Shown: piece by piece, positions 51,790 to 64,000 of the stretch
Position numbering within the stretch: the first letter of the stretch is position 1
Layout: every line of letters starts with the position of its first letter
DNA from: Callorhinchus milii
Lineage: Eukaryota
Length of the DNA stretch: 64,000 bases
Assembly (NCBI RefSeq): GCF_018977255.1
Contig: NW_024704742.1
Span: forward strand, 12,402,001 to 12,466,000
Direction: 5' to 3'
Notes under the pieces: generated by a model
What the model was told of the DNA's origin: nothing
The model's input: the letters and a program-made list of their open reading frames with translations, nothing else
The model's database searches: none
Program-made: the position numbers and the translations under genes

Positions 51790-51798
51790 GCTCACCTG
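51790..51798 (-). promoter_or_regulatory. Putative ERV splice donor for env mRNA
   Basis: - strand CAG|GTGAGC about 65 nt downstream of the PBS. Confidence 0.6.
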
Positions 51799-51862
51799 TG
51801 CACGATGTTTGTGCTGATAAATGCAGAGCCGTGGAAAGCCAAAGGGAAAACCCGGTCTTTCG

Positions 51863-51880
51863 ATCTCGGTGGAACCTCCA
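51863..51880 (-). promoter_or_regulatory. Primer-binding site, tRNA-Gln
   Basis: - strand TGGAGGTTCCACCGAGAT, 3 nt inside the 5' LTR; 18/18 complementary to the 3' end of vertebrate tRNA-Gln (ATCTCGGTGGAACCTCCA). Confidence 0.93.
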
Positions 51881-51883
51881 AAT

Positions 51884-52289
51884 TGTTAAATCCAGATTTC
51901 GATGTGCGATTGCTCTTAAAGACCTGAAAAACTCAACACGGAGTCAGTGCGGTATACATCCAAAAAACGCTTTATTTCATATATATATGAGGTGCAGAGT
52001 GGTAGCAACAACTCTCTCAAGATACTGCTCCCCACACTGCACACCAGATAAAAACAACATCTGACTTTTATACATGTTCCATTTTCCCATAATTGGATGT
52101 CTGTTTCTTTCATAAAAAGAGATATGGGTCCCGGGTTCCTCAGCACAATAACATATACATTGATAGTTGCAAACCAAAACAAAGCTGAGCTTACACCAAA
52201 TGCGAAAACATGTTTTGTCTCATTGCCTTTGCTTATTCTGTAACTTTTGCGATTGCCCAAAGATGAACAACATTCCCACATTTTCCACA
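51884..52289 (-). repeat. ERV 5' LTR (406 bp)
   Basis: On - strand starts TGTGGAAA, ends TTTAACA; CCAAT at 52092-52096, TATAAAA at 52066-52072; abuts PBS. Confidence 0.97.
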
Positions 52290-52599
52290 GGATGGAGGAG
52301 CTAGTGAAAATGGACCAGGATAGGGGTGATCGGCTCAAGAAGCTTAGTGCAGGAGAGGACACGAGCTTCAGAATTGTGAATATTCTGCAGTTTACAGAGG
52401 GAAGTGTTGGGAGCTCCTATGAGCAGGGAGTTAGCAAAGTCAAGCCTAGACATAATTAAAGCATGCATCACCATTTCATTCTACCAACAACCACAATATC
52501 TTAACAAAAATGTTTTGATCAATGGAGTAGATCAATATGTTTTTGTACCTACCCCCCAAACCCCCGCCCAGAATATAGTTTTGAAATATGGTACTGATT

Positions 52600-53300
52600 T
52601 TATTGGACAAGATGGAAGCCATACTCCTTGGCTCCCATCAACGTCTTGATTCCTGCGGATCTAAATTCCTCAACCTCCCTGGGCTCTCCCTCAGACTCAC
52701 CGAACCAGTGCACAACCTAGGCGTCTGGTTCAACACCCAACTGTCCTTCCTCCCCCACATTTGGTCCCTGACCAGGACCATCTTCTTCCACCTCTGCCAC
52801 ATTGCCCACCTCCAGCTTTACCTTACCCAAAATGCAGCCGATACCCTCATGCATGCATTTGTCACCTCCTGTCTGGATTACTCAAACGCACTCCTCACCA
52901 GTCTCCCCAGCCACACATTCAAAAGATACAGTTCATTCAAAACTCTGCTGCCCGCATACTGACCCGGACTAAACTCTATACCCAGATCTCACCAGTTCTG
53001 GCCCAGGCTCCACTAGCTCTCCATCACCAAACGGATCAACTTCAAGATCCTCACACTCACATTCAAATCCATTCACTCTCTGGCATCTCCCAACCTCTCC
53101 TACCTCCTCACCCCCCAATCCACCACCATGCTCGACTGACAGCAACCTCCTGCTCGTCCCTCCCACCCTCTACCCCCACCATCGGAGGTCGCAGTTTCAA
53201 CCACTATACCCCTAAATTCTGGAACAGTCTCCCTCAATCCCTCCGCCTTGCCTCCTCTCTCCCCTTTTTCAAGTCCTGCCCAAAAACCTTCCTCTTCGAC
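52600..53300 (+). mobile_element. Older L2 fragment
   Basis: HNLGVWFNTQLSF, HAFVTSCLDYSN, IQNSAARIL, IGGRSFNHYTPKFWNSLP. Confidence 0.85.
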
Positions 53301-54229
53301 TGTAAGAGAAGCACAACCAGAGGCCAATAAGCAAGTCTCTCACCTGCCTTTGGGCGTAGAATATTTTACCGAAATTAGAAGAAAATACATAGATTTACAA
53401 AGAATGTTAAAGCATAGAAATAAGGCATCCAGCCCAATCAACTTGTGATGCTGTTTATTCTCCACATGAGCCTCCACACTTTCAAATTCACTTCTCCCAT
53501 ACTCCACTCTTCCCTTCTCATGTTAATGTTTTCTGTTTGTGGGACACTGCAGTGTGCAATTGGCTGCTGGGTTTCGCCCACAAAACACACAATCACTACA
53601 CTTGTTAGTATATTCTGTGAAGCACTTTGAAATGTCTCGAGGACGTGGTAAGGCCCTATATCAAATGCAAGGATTGTTATTATTATTATTCTTCATCTAG
53701 AGCTTCTGTCAATGAGTTCCAGATCCTCACCATCCTGTGTTATTTTTGGTCAGCCGGGTATCTGACATATCTGATACATGAAACCCATCACTATGCTTAA
53801 GAGTATCTAAACCAAGCTGAGATTTCCATGCATCCCACCTACACATGGAAATCGCTGAGATAGATTGTTGGAATGGAATGCAAACTCTCTTCCTGGAGGG
53901 ATGCATCCTGCTTACCATTCTTTGTGTAAAGCAGTTCCTCCTAAACGTTAGACGCGTTACTTATATTTATGACTTTTTTGGGATTCACCAACAACTGGAA
54001 ACGCTCTACCTTATGGAATCCTTTTAGAATTTTAAACACTTCCTTCAGACTCCCTCTGAATTGTGTCATCTCCAGAGAGAAAAACTCCAACCTGTTTTTA
54101 ATCTTTCTTGATCGCTCCTCATCTTGCTAACAAATTGGTATTTGTACACTGCACTTTCTCCAATGCTACAGTATTCTGACCAGAATTGCAATTGCACATA
54201 GTACTCCAAATGTGGTCTAACCAAATTTG

Positions 54230-54602
54230 CTATGCAAGCAAGAGACTGGGTTCGATTCCTGGCAGGGCGAAATGTTGGGCAAGTTTCCTTATTCCACACA
54301 CCTCTGTTTACCTAGCAGTAAGTAGGAACCTGATTGTTAAAGTAAATTGGCAGATGGCTTTTCCGGGGGTAATAATTCCTTAAAAAAATATTGGTCGTCT
54401 ATACATAAATATATATATAATAATAATTGGGTCATTCAATCCACAACTGTTTGTGGGACACTGTTGTGCATAATTGTTTGCCACATTTCACCCACAAATT
54501 ACGCAGTCAATTCACTTTACAGTATATTCTGTGAAGCGCTTTGAGACGTGTCGAAGACATGATAAGGCACTATATCAAAGGCAAAGATTATTATTATTAT
54601 TA
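54230..54602 (+). mobile_element. SINE, long form, head partly truncated
   Basis: B-box GGTTCGATTCC, central segment, body, tail. Confidence 0.88.
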
Positions 54603-56007
54603 CTTAATTTAGATTACATTGATTTACTGTTGCCCATGACAAATAAGCATCCAATTTGGTGAAATTATTGCAGTTGCTGCTGTTTCTGTCTTTAACTGAA
54701 AAAGACCAGGAAGTATAATGGTACCAGTTTAGTTTAAAATCACATTAAGAAAAGAAACAGAAATGGGACAAGCTTTCTGGTCAGACACCTGACAGTGCTA
54801 TTGTAGCTGACAATGCAAGTACATGAGTTACGCAATCATATTTCACAATATCTGAATCCCCAGACTCCATAGAACAGAGACCTTATTGAGGTCACTGAGG
54901 TCATTACCTCCAAATTGAAAATAAAACAAAGAATTAGAGATTTTCTTGAATTTTGTGGAGTACAGTTACCAAATAAAGCGGGTCAGTCCTGCATTTGGAT
55001 ATCTTATGCATCATTCAGCGTTATATCTTCCACACTGTGCACAGAATAGACAAAATGCATTTTCAGCTGTAAATTTAAAGTAAAACAACAAAATTGTATG
55101 GGCCGATGCCAACCACGTTATCTGACTCTGTGCATGGGCCAGATAGATTCAAATTAAGAACAACAACAAAACTACATTTGTCTAGCGCCTTTCACATCAG
55201 GAAGATGCCCCAAGACGCTGGCCTTGGGACATCAGTCAAGAACAAGCAGGGCTACAAGTTTTGGCAAAGGAAATAATTTCTTTTGCTGCCTTTGTTGATC
55301 GTTTTTGTTTACAAATAATGTCTGATTTGTATAAGCTCGTTTGTAATCTGCATATTGTTCTGCATATAATTTGCACATACAGCAAGTTGCATATTACATT
55401 TGAGGTTTCCTTACTTTATTGCTGAAGATCACTGCTGATCATCACATATCACATGTATTGCTGTGAGTCAGCTAGCTTATATGATCTTAGTGGTGTTGGT
55501 TGTGGTGGTGGGTTGGTCTGTGTGGAATCAAACAAAGAGACATAAAGATCGCTTTATCCAGAAACGTGCGTTAGAATAAAAACAGATTCAATATTTTTCA
55601 TTATTTGAAAGTAATGGAATAGACATGTGTTAGTAATGTGATAGGTAATATTTTAAAACCTCACATGTTCTCTGTCAGGTTAGAAGGTTATACCAGTCAC
55701 ACAATTATTTTGAGAATTATCAAATATATTGTACCCTGTTCAGATAATGCTTTTTTTGTGAGCGATTTGAAAGCTATGTATGGGCAGGCAAGGTGGTATA
55801 GAGGTCTCTTTGATGTACGGAAAATAGTCAGTGAAAATAGTAGAACCGTTTACTAGTAAAATTACAAAATATAATATTTGTTATAATCGGACCTTTCTGT
55901 AGTACACCTGCAGGTAAGTAAACTGCATACTTATGATTTATGAAATGAAACTGGCAGTGGATCATTTTACATTGTCTTTTTAATGTATCCCTGTTTTAAT
56001 CTGATGT

Positions 56008-56323
56008 GGAGCCCTGTAGTTTAGTGGTTAGAGCATTCCTCCTTGCGAGAGGATCCAGGTTCGATTCTTGGCAGGGCAAAACGTTGGGCAAGCTTCCTTA
56101 CTCCACAAGCCTCTATTTACCTAGCAGTAAATAGGAACTTGGTTGTTAATAAATAAAAATGATTTGGTCATTCAGTCCACCTGTTTGTGGGACACTGCTG
56201 TGCGCAATTAGCTGCCACGTTTTGCCCACAAAATAACAGTCAATTCACTTTATGGTATATTCTGTGAAGTGCTTTGAGACGTCTCGAAGACGTGATAACA
56301 AATGCAAAGATTATTATTATTAT
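56008..56323 (+). mobile_element. SINE, long form with internal deletion
   Basis: Head, part of central segment, body, tail. Confidence 0.88.
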
Positions 56324-56326
56324 CTA

Positions 56327-56456
56327 CAATAAAACCAGTCTTTGACAACCATTTGGGGGACTGGGCCAATGTAGTCTTTGTATAAGGGTGGCCTCCCAGT
56401 AAGAGTTTGTTGGTGCGGTTGTTAACAGGAGGTGGTTGCTTCAACAGGGTTGACTG
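56327..56456. mobile_element. Tc1/mariner(pogo)-type MITE, ~130 bp
   Basis: TA on both sides (56325-56326, 56457-56458); imperfect ~26-bp terminal inverted repeats caataaaaccagtctttgacaaccat / ggtggttgcttcaacagggttgactg. Confidence 0.6.
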
Positions 56457-56969
56457 TATTCTATTTCTGGTTCCATGAATTTCATTATGTGTAAATGGCA
56501 TTACAATAACATTTTTTAAGTTGAATGCCAGAGGTTTTTTGTTATTGTTTTTGTTTTTTGATATTTTTGTTATTGGCTTAGAGCATGGTTAGAATTTCAT
56601 TACGCAGTGTATTTAACAGGTGGAACACTTTACTGGAAAGGGAGGTAGAAGGCAAGACAAGAAGATTCATTTCAGAAACGATTTTATGCAGGAATGGGAA
56701 GATGAGGGTTGGGTATTCTCCTGGAAGAATGGCATCAACTAGGCTGCAGGGATTTCTTCATTCAAACCTGTGTGATTTTGTCATGTCCTGGTTAAATGCA
56801 AATAATGAAAATGTTGAATCTGTTTCTATTCTAACGCATGTTTCAGGATGAAGGTTGCTTCAATGAATTCAAAAACTGTATAATCCCTGTCATACTATTC
56901 TGTTTTCATGTTATTTTTAAGAAATTAAAATGCAATTCTTATGCAATTGTATTTTTAAATTTATAACAG

Positions 56970-57213
56970 GTTTGGAGACGGTTATACAATGAGTGTTCGA
57001 GTTGGAGGCGATCTTTTGGATCTGAGATCAGTGGAGGATTTTGTACAGTCCTCCTTCCCTAACAGCGTACTGAAGGAGAAACACCACAACATACTACAGT
57101 ACCAGCTTCCATCTAGTGAAAACTCCTTAGCAAAGATTTTCAGCACTTTCACCAATAACAAAGAGAGGCTTAACATCGAGGATTATACTGTTTCACAGAC
57201 AACTCTAGACCAG
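56970..57213 (+). CDS. ABCA1-like: ABCA exon, 244 nt, regulatory domain 2
   Basis: ataacag| ... |[19 protein letters not shown]...[15 protein letters not shown]. Confidence 0.97.
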
Positions 57214-58072
57214 GTACCTTCTCAGCCATTAAAAGCCTGGAAATTGTTTCTTTTCGCTTCCATAATGTTTTTTTTTACCTTTGATTATTCCTCTTACATT
57301 CTTCAGGATGTCAAGAAATTATGAAGTGTTGTGAGCGTGCAGAATGTACATAGTCTTATGAAGCAAGTAGGCTCAATAACCTTTTTTTTAAAAACTTATG
57401 AAAGACTGCAGGTTCCATATTGCAGCATGTGATCAAAGTTGAAAAGAATAGACAAGATGTCGAGATACATCAAAGAGTAAAGAATAGGTGATACAAAGCT
57501 TGCCTATAGATTTTTGGAAGGAAGGAGATGATGTATTGCACAAACTAAATGTCAGGAAAGCATGAGATTAACGTATAGCATTATATACCATTATTAGTAG
57601 CAGTAATATAGAAACACACTAGACTGAAGATGAAAGAGGGGCTTATTTAATAGGCTTTTCTCTTTCCACAATATCTAATGTGTTTTTAAAACATTAATGA
57701 GGACATTTCCCTCCAAGGATTCAATCTGATATTGAATTGTTGTGAAATATTTCAATTGCTTTTGCAACATTTTTCATATATCGTGTATATAAGCATAAAG
57801 CACGGTCATCAATTTGCAACAGTATTTTGGGGAAAGAAAGCACAGCCTCAGGCCTTTGAGAATAGTAATGAAAAGAAGCCAGATTTACTGAAGTCTTAAT
57901 TGCTTTAATTGTTTTTATTCTGTCAGGATACCGGCTTGGGTTTAAGGAATAATCGGTCACAATAATTATCCTTGCAACGTTATCTCATTATCTCGATGAA
58001 CTTGACTAGAAGCATGAAACATTAATTTCAGTAATGTTGCATTGACNTTTTTTTCTTCAATAAACTGCACAG

Positions 58073-58201
58073 GTATTTGTCAATTTTGCCAAGGATCAGA
58101 TTGAGATCGACGAAGATGCCGAAATGTACACTAACAGTACTGCAGTAACCAACGAAGAATTGAAGATGGAGGCAGTGAACTTCCCTCACGCTAAAGTTTA
58201 A
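58073..58201 (+). CDS. ABCA1-like: ABCA terminal coding exon to TAA stop
   Basis: ctgcacag|; VFVNFAKDQIEIDEDAEMYTNSTAVTNEELKMEAVNFPHAKV*; conserved VFVNFA motif. Confidence 0.92.
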   Translation, partial: VFVNFAKDQIEIDEDAEMYTNSTAVTNEELKMEAVNFPHAKV

Positions 58202-60600
58202 ATATAAAACACAGAATTGCAGGAAATGCATTATGGGTGCTGTTCTTCAGGGGAGTGCACCAGTCAACAACCTTCGTAGTTAACAAAAAATATTTTTGCT
58301 GAATAATACATTGAATAATCAATAATTTTGGTAGTCATTTTACTTGCAATTTGACAGAGTAAATGTGGAGTGATATTTTATTGATACATTCATTTCCATC
58401 TTAATACATTTGCGCAATTTATATTTTATTCTACTTGTTCCGGACCCAATAAGTTTGAAGCGAGCAATCTTATGATCCACAGGACTGATTTGATTGACTA
58501 TAAATAATACACACTTGCCTTCCATTTTGATTCATATTTTACTTCTGGATATTGTTTTCATAATATACCACTTCAAGTCTGTTTTCCTTACACAAAGCAT
58601 GCGTATCTAAATTGGGGTTTACTTCTGCAGCATTTTTTGTCATGAGGATATTGATTTTGTAACTTTATATTCATTAAATCCTGTTTTATTACATTCCATA
58701 TGTACATTATATTAGGTCCTTGCGTTCTGAAGCTTATTGTAGTTTCTCCCTAGCCATAATGTACAAAACGCAGGCGAATTAAGATACTTATATAGTGATG
58801 AAATCTGAGTGACACTTAGTGCAGCAATAGATTATTCCTTTCTGTGGTATTTTTAGCCATTTTGTGACATCTGTGACTCAATATCTCTCTTTTATTTCAG
58901 AAGAATGTTCTTAAGTTTAGGGGTACAGAGTGCAATTTTTTAAAAAGCATTTCTTGAGTTAGTTTAGAGTGGCTTTTAAGTTATTTTTTTGCTTTTTTTA
59001 AACTGATCATACAGCGAAGGTTCAGGGCCAATCAATTAAAAACATAATTTACAGATGGTGTAGATTTTATCCCTCTTTGACAGATCAACCCTAATAAATA
59101 TATAAAAAGCGGAAGTCATTTTAGGGCCTTCAATTTACTATAGAAATCACTCTCACTCCATCAAAGATCCAGGCAAAAGAGAGTATCCACTTACTGAAAA
59201 ATGAGTGCCATCTAGAGATTGTTTATGCAGCATAAACCAAAAATAACAATCTACTTGAATATAGTGTCTTACATGTCAGGAGAATATCTCAAAGCGCTTC
59301 ACACAGTCGATTTGAAGCAAAAAGATACCTATTTTGCTGAGCAGAGAGAGAGGTTGGAGAGAAAGAGATGCAGGAGGTCAAAGAGGTAGAGTGGGACGAG
59401 GCATTTGAAAGTGAGGATGAGATCTTGAATTCAATCCATTGGGGGATGGTAGAGCCAAGCAATGGTCTGGATAATACAAGTAATGCCAGACAAATCACAA
59501 ACTTTACCCCATACCACAAACTTCAAATCATGTAGTCAGAGATTTAAACAGGCGGGCACTAACTTGAAGTTGGCATTTGCCAGCAGCTCTTAGTTGTTTA
59601 CTGTTGATATAGAAAGCGATGTAAATCAGGAATCTTAATTGTGCAAAGACATGTAATTGGCTGCTGCGTTTTGCTCACAAAATAGCCAGTCACTACACTT
59701 TACAGTAAATCCTGTGAAGTGCTTTGAGACGTCTCAAGGTGATCTCAAATGCAAAGATTATTATAAATGAGCATGATTAAAAAAAATTGTTTATTGTAGC
59801 TGCTACTAATCCTGATACACAGATCATTCAGACTTGTGAAGATCTTGTGAATTATTTTCTTTATATTCGCTTTCTCCTCCACAATATTTTGCTTCTCGAT
59901 GTAAAACCAAATCCATGTACTCTTTGTTAATGACTTCTTAACAGCTATTATAATGTGCTAATTACTTTCCAAAAGTTACTTATATGTCACGTTAGATTTG
60001 TAAAAAAAAATTGGCATTCTGTCTCAAAATATGAAGGGGGTTGATCTTTTTGTGTCTTGCGAAGGGTTAGATATGCATGCAAGGGGATAGATTTATGAGT
60101 CTATGTTATAGTTATGTGTTGTCATATTTTATTATCTATGGTAAAGTATGGTATTTAATAAACTGGCAGCATTCATTTCTGCAGATTTGAGACTCCTTTT
60201 TCTCTATTCCCAAATGATTTGATTTACAAGAAACAAACCGCCATTTAAATAATTTAAATAGACTTTGAAATCTGTGATTCTGCAACAGTGGTGAATTTAT
60301 TAAGCATGCTCCATCTTTTTGCTCCTGTTATGCATAAAGAATTATTAGAGAACCGAGAGAAGTAACACTATAAAGGTGCCCCACAAACAGTGATTCTGAT
60401 CTAAGTCAGTAATATTCAGAGTTATATTTAATGTGTTTCAAAAGACTGTTTTATCTTTAAAATCATGCCTCTGTCCCCAAACCTATTTCCCCTCATTTTT
60501 ATTGATATTGTTTCAATGTTTATAAATGTAAGATTTACTTGAAGCTATTCTAGTATGTTTGATACTCAATAATTTTTTATATTAAACTATCTAAGCAAGC
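58202..60600 (+). other. Probable 3' UTR of the ABCA gene; end uncertain
   Basis: AT-rich, relatively repeat-poor stretch after the stop; AATAAA at 59093-59098 and 60157-60162, ATTAAA at 60581-60586. Confidence 0.4.
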
Positions 60601-61689
60601 AGCTTTGAAATCAATGTAATTTTAGTTGACCATTTTCACATGTTGTCAGCGTAGTCTTTGTAAATGGGGAGTAAATAGGATTTACCTGCAGCCGAAGTGA
60701 CCTTAAGATGATGTGCTTGGCAATGGAATCAAGTCAACCCTCTGCATTAGTCTCGGTAGTCCAATTTTTGAACCAGGCAGGTCCTCAGTACTCTGGGGCA
60801 CTGCTCCATGCACAGACCAACCAATCTTGTGATTTTGTGATTCTCTGAATCCCTGGTCCCAGTGATCAGCCTGACCTTCAGGTTGGCTGGTCTATCATCA
60901 ACAGTGCCCTAGAGTATTGTAGACCTGGAGTAGTTTAGGAAACAGATTAGTCAGATTGCCTCAGAGGATGGACTCGATTCAGGGAGGTAAGTGGGGTCTC
61001 CTTACAGCTGAGCTGGGTCCAAGCTGACATGCTTGTCAAAGGCTCTCACCTCCTTGTGTCTAATACGCTCTGAAATGAGGTTATCAGGGTGCATTCCTCC
61101 AGTGAAAGAGTATGTGTTTCATTTCTGACACCGTGGGATTTTCCATGTATCGGTGACATACATATGTGGAACACTGGTATGCATGGTGAGGTGTTTCCAC
61201 ATATGTCAGACATATCAAACCCAGCTGATCAAACTGTTCAAGAGTAATCCCAATACTTCTACTGCTTGCTGAAGTTTGTCATCAGTCATTGCCGGAAGGG
61301 CCGCCCTGGGCACATTCAAGTTTTAGACAAGTCTGGTGTTCTACAATGAGAGACCTTGTGGTCTGGAGGGAACATTAAAGTTGGAATCTGACCCAACAGA
61401 CCGTAGCAGAGACCCATCTGTGTGGAGACTGGAAGCGCTGGCGGGAGGCAGGAGACAGATTGAAGGTTTTAATGACCCAATCTGCTGGTAGGAGGTGGAG
61501 TCTACATTGCAGCACCTACTATGAATGGCATCAATGCTGAATTCCTAAAGTTGCTCTGAGGCTGGAGAATGGTGAGGATCTTACAGGTCAAAGCCAGTAA
61601 CCTCCAACTCACCTTGGAACTGCCCTCCTAGTGCTGGTCACCAGGATTGTCTCAGAGGCAGTGTTCCAGAGTACAATTGTGGCTTCGGT

Positions 61690-62320
61690 CAACAGAAGGG
61701 TGGCCCTAGTGAGACAGAGAACTACAGAGCGGTCGGCTCTTAAGGTGGTGCTTCAGGTGGTCACTGCTATGTATTGCACATATTGGAGGCTCGCCGTTTA
61801 ATTAGGAAGGAGCAGCCTGGCTTCGGCCCTTTTGATCATTTGTGGGACAGGTTGTGGATTTGTATGAAATCACAAGACTTTGTAAGGCTTCGGGGCTAAG
61901 GGTTGCATTCGTCAACTTCCGCAAAGCTCTCCACCTGGTGCCTCACAAAGATGTGATGGACCTGGAAGCCACAGAACATGACCAAATCTTGGATTTTATC
62001 CGAAATGTGTATTCCAGCTCCAAGATCCACATAATGGTTGACAGTGTACTTACTGAGCTCATTGCTCTGGAAATGAGGCAAGGCAAGGCTACCCATTGTC
62101 ACTCACCCTGTTCGATGTGTTCATCAATGACATGTTGGATGGCATCAGGGATGGACTTGACTATCTGTCCCAGGCCTCTCTGACAGGATTATGGTGCTCC
62201 TGTTTGCAGACGAAATTGTGCTTCTGAGAAATTCATCTTCTGGGATGCACTCGCCATCTTTCACATCAGGAGGATGTCACGTTTGGCAATGGAATGTCAG
62301 AATCAACATTCTGATGACCC
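61690..62320 (+). mobile_element. Degenerate non-LTR reverse transcriptase, not of the local CR1/L2 families
   Basis: Across frames: TENYR, IRKEQPGF, VAFVNFRKA..VPH, RQGYPLSLTLFDVFINDML, LLFADEIVLL. Confidence 0.7.
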
Positions 62321-64000
62321 TAGCGAGTCTGGCTTATTAGCAGTACTTGGAAGAGCAGACCAGTCATTGGTTCAAGGATTCTTCCCACTCAGCTCCCATT
62401 AACCTTGCAAGTCAAATATGTAAAGGGTAGAGTGGTCCCAGTTGAATAAGCTAGGCAGGCAGTGCTTTCATTGTGGTTTTAGCTGATTATTCGCAGTCTG
62501 CAAAGTCTTAACTTGCCATTGGCGATGCAATGGTGGAGTCAGCTAATGATGAATGGTGACTTAAGACAACTGATGTGGAAAACACCATAAATGCGCTATT
62601 GAAAGTATTTCATTCTCCCTTAATCCTAATACATTTTCTTTTCATTATTTTTTATACATTTGTTTATACATTTTATGTATGCACTCCAAGACGCCGTCTG
62701 GCGTGAAAGGCACTATATAAATGCAAGTTATTGTTATTTTATTCAAAAAGGAAGTTTCTAGCAATTCAATCAAAGGGTGCGGGGGGGGGGGGGGGGGGCA
62801 TTTTCATAGTCTTTTTAGCCCTGTTTAAAAAAGCCTACTATAAAATTTCAGTCATCAATGAGCAACATGATGTAATTATTCGCTTACCAAAAATTAAAGA
62901 TGAAGTAACACAAACTGAGTTGCTTTTAAGTGGGTTATAAAAAGCATTCATTTTGAAACATCTGTTTTGGCTGAGTAGATGTGAATGATAAAAAAAACAT
63001 TTTTGAAAGCTTCCTTTAAATGATGGCCAAGCAAAGGTATTAAAATGATCTGCAGTTCATTTTAAACAGATTCGCCAGGCTCGTTATTCACTGAGATGCC
63101 TGAAGCTTGGGTTCCTAAACCTTAGTGTATTTTTCACTCAATTGTCTTAATCTGCTTTAGTTGTAAATCTCAAATAATTTAGTCAAATGCATACTTTTTA
63201 GAGTGAACATTTATTTGATGGCCGCCTAGGACCAATAAAAGTGAGCTCCGGCCTATCATGAATTGATGGATTAGAATGAATTTACATGGCACTATATTTA
63301 AACAATATCTTTAAAATTCAGCAAACAGCCTTATCTTATTGCTGAAACATAAATATTTAATGGCTGTCCTGCTAATGGTGCTGAGTAAGGCTGCTGGTTT
63401 CAAATATATAATCAAATTTACATCTGCAAAAACTGGTTGAGGTACATTCATTCAATAGATGTACAATTAGTATACCTTTTTTAAAATTACAAAAACATAC
63501 ATGTTTGTAATGCTATTACAAAAAGGGTTTTATAATAATTACTATTAAGTATCATGACCATTTTTGTAGGCACACACAGCTATTTTGCACACAACAAATG
63601 ACCATAAGTTAAATGATCAATCTATCTGGAGGATCGTTGGCTAAGACACTGGCTAATAGCAGCAAATAATTTCTAACATCCATCTGAGGAATTCTTTCTG
63701 ATGTTGTGTGATCACTACTGTATCATAATAATCCTTATTTCTGATAGAATCACATCATTGGAACATCTCAAAATACTTCCCAGAATGTATTGCAAAGTGG
63801 ATTGACTGTGTATTGTGTAGGTGAAACGCAGCAGCCAATTACGCACGTATCAGTAAATGATATGACAATTAAAACATCTGATGAGGGACAAGATTAAGTT
63901 TGTTAAAGTTGTGAGGTGTCAGTTCCCACAATGGCTCAATTGGAAGAGATACCGACTAGTGTGTAACTGAGACCTAGAAATGCCCAAGATCATCGCTCCC

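Larger units (their letters stand above)
42607..52289 (-). mobile_element. Full-length class I (epsilon-like) endogenous retrovirus, defective; LTR-PBS-gag-pro-pol-env-PPT-LTR, 9683 bp including a nested SINE
   Basis: Paired TG...CA LTRs; 4-bp TSD GGAT at 42603-42606 and 52290-52293; PBS, PPT and recognisable Gag, PR, RT, RNase H, IN and Env motifs. Confidence 0.97.
42270..52470 (-). mobile_element. L2 3' fragment split by the ERV (parts 42270-42606 and 52290-52470)
   Basis: Flanks join across the GGAT TSD into contiguous L2 sequence matching the reverse complement of ~17540-18060. Confidence 0.85.

Noticed and set aside
58202..58600. Tandem miR-33 sites as in mammalian ABCA1 3' UTR
   Set aside because: Only a single 6-mer AATGCA (58225-58230) noticed; no CAATGCA cluster

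Overview
Eukaryotic (vertebrate) DNA, inferred from its repeats to be a cartilaginous fish. The + strand carries the last 11 coding exons of an ABCA1/ABCA7-clade ABC transporter (8408-58201; end of TMD2, NBD2 and the VFVNFA C-terminus). All splice sites are GT-AG and the joined frame is intact. The introns are packed with CR1 and L2 LINE fragments and a tRNA-headed, L2-tailed SINE family. The main accessory feature is a full-length, decaying class I (epsilon-like) endogenous retrovirus on the - strand (42607-52289), nested in an L2 fragment. It has about 97.5% identical LTRs, a GGAT target-site duplication and a perfect tRNA-Gln primer-binding site. It also has an in-frame gag-TGA-pol junction, a candidate 2H phosphoesterase domain between protease and RT, tandem T-loop/B-box-like leader repeats, and a 106-bp pol segment copied into env. 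Several short templated-insertion scars occur in the introns. All analysis was by eye; family names come from memory, not database searches.
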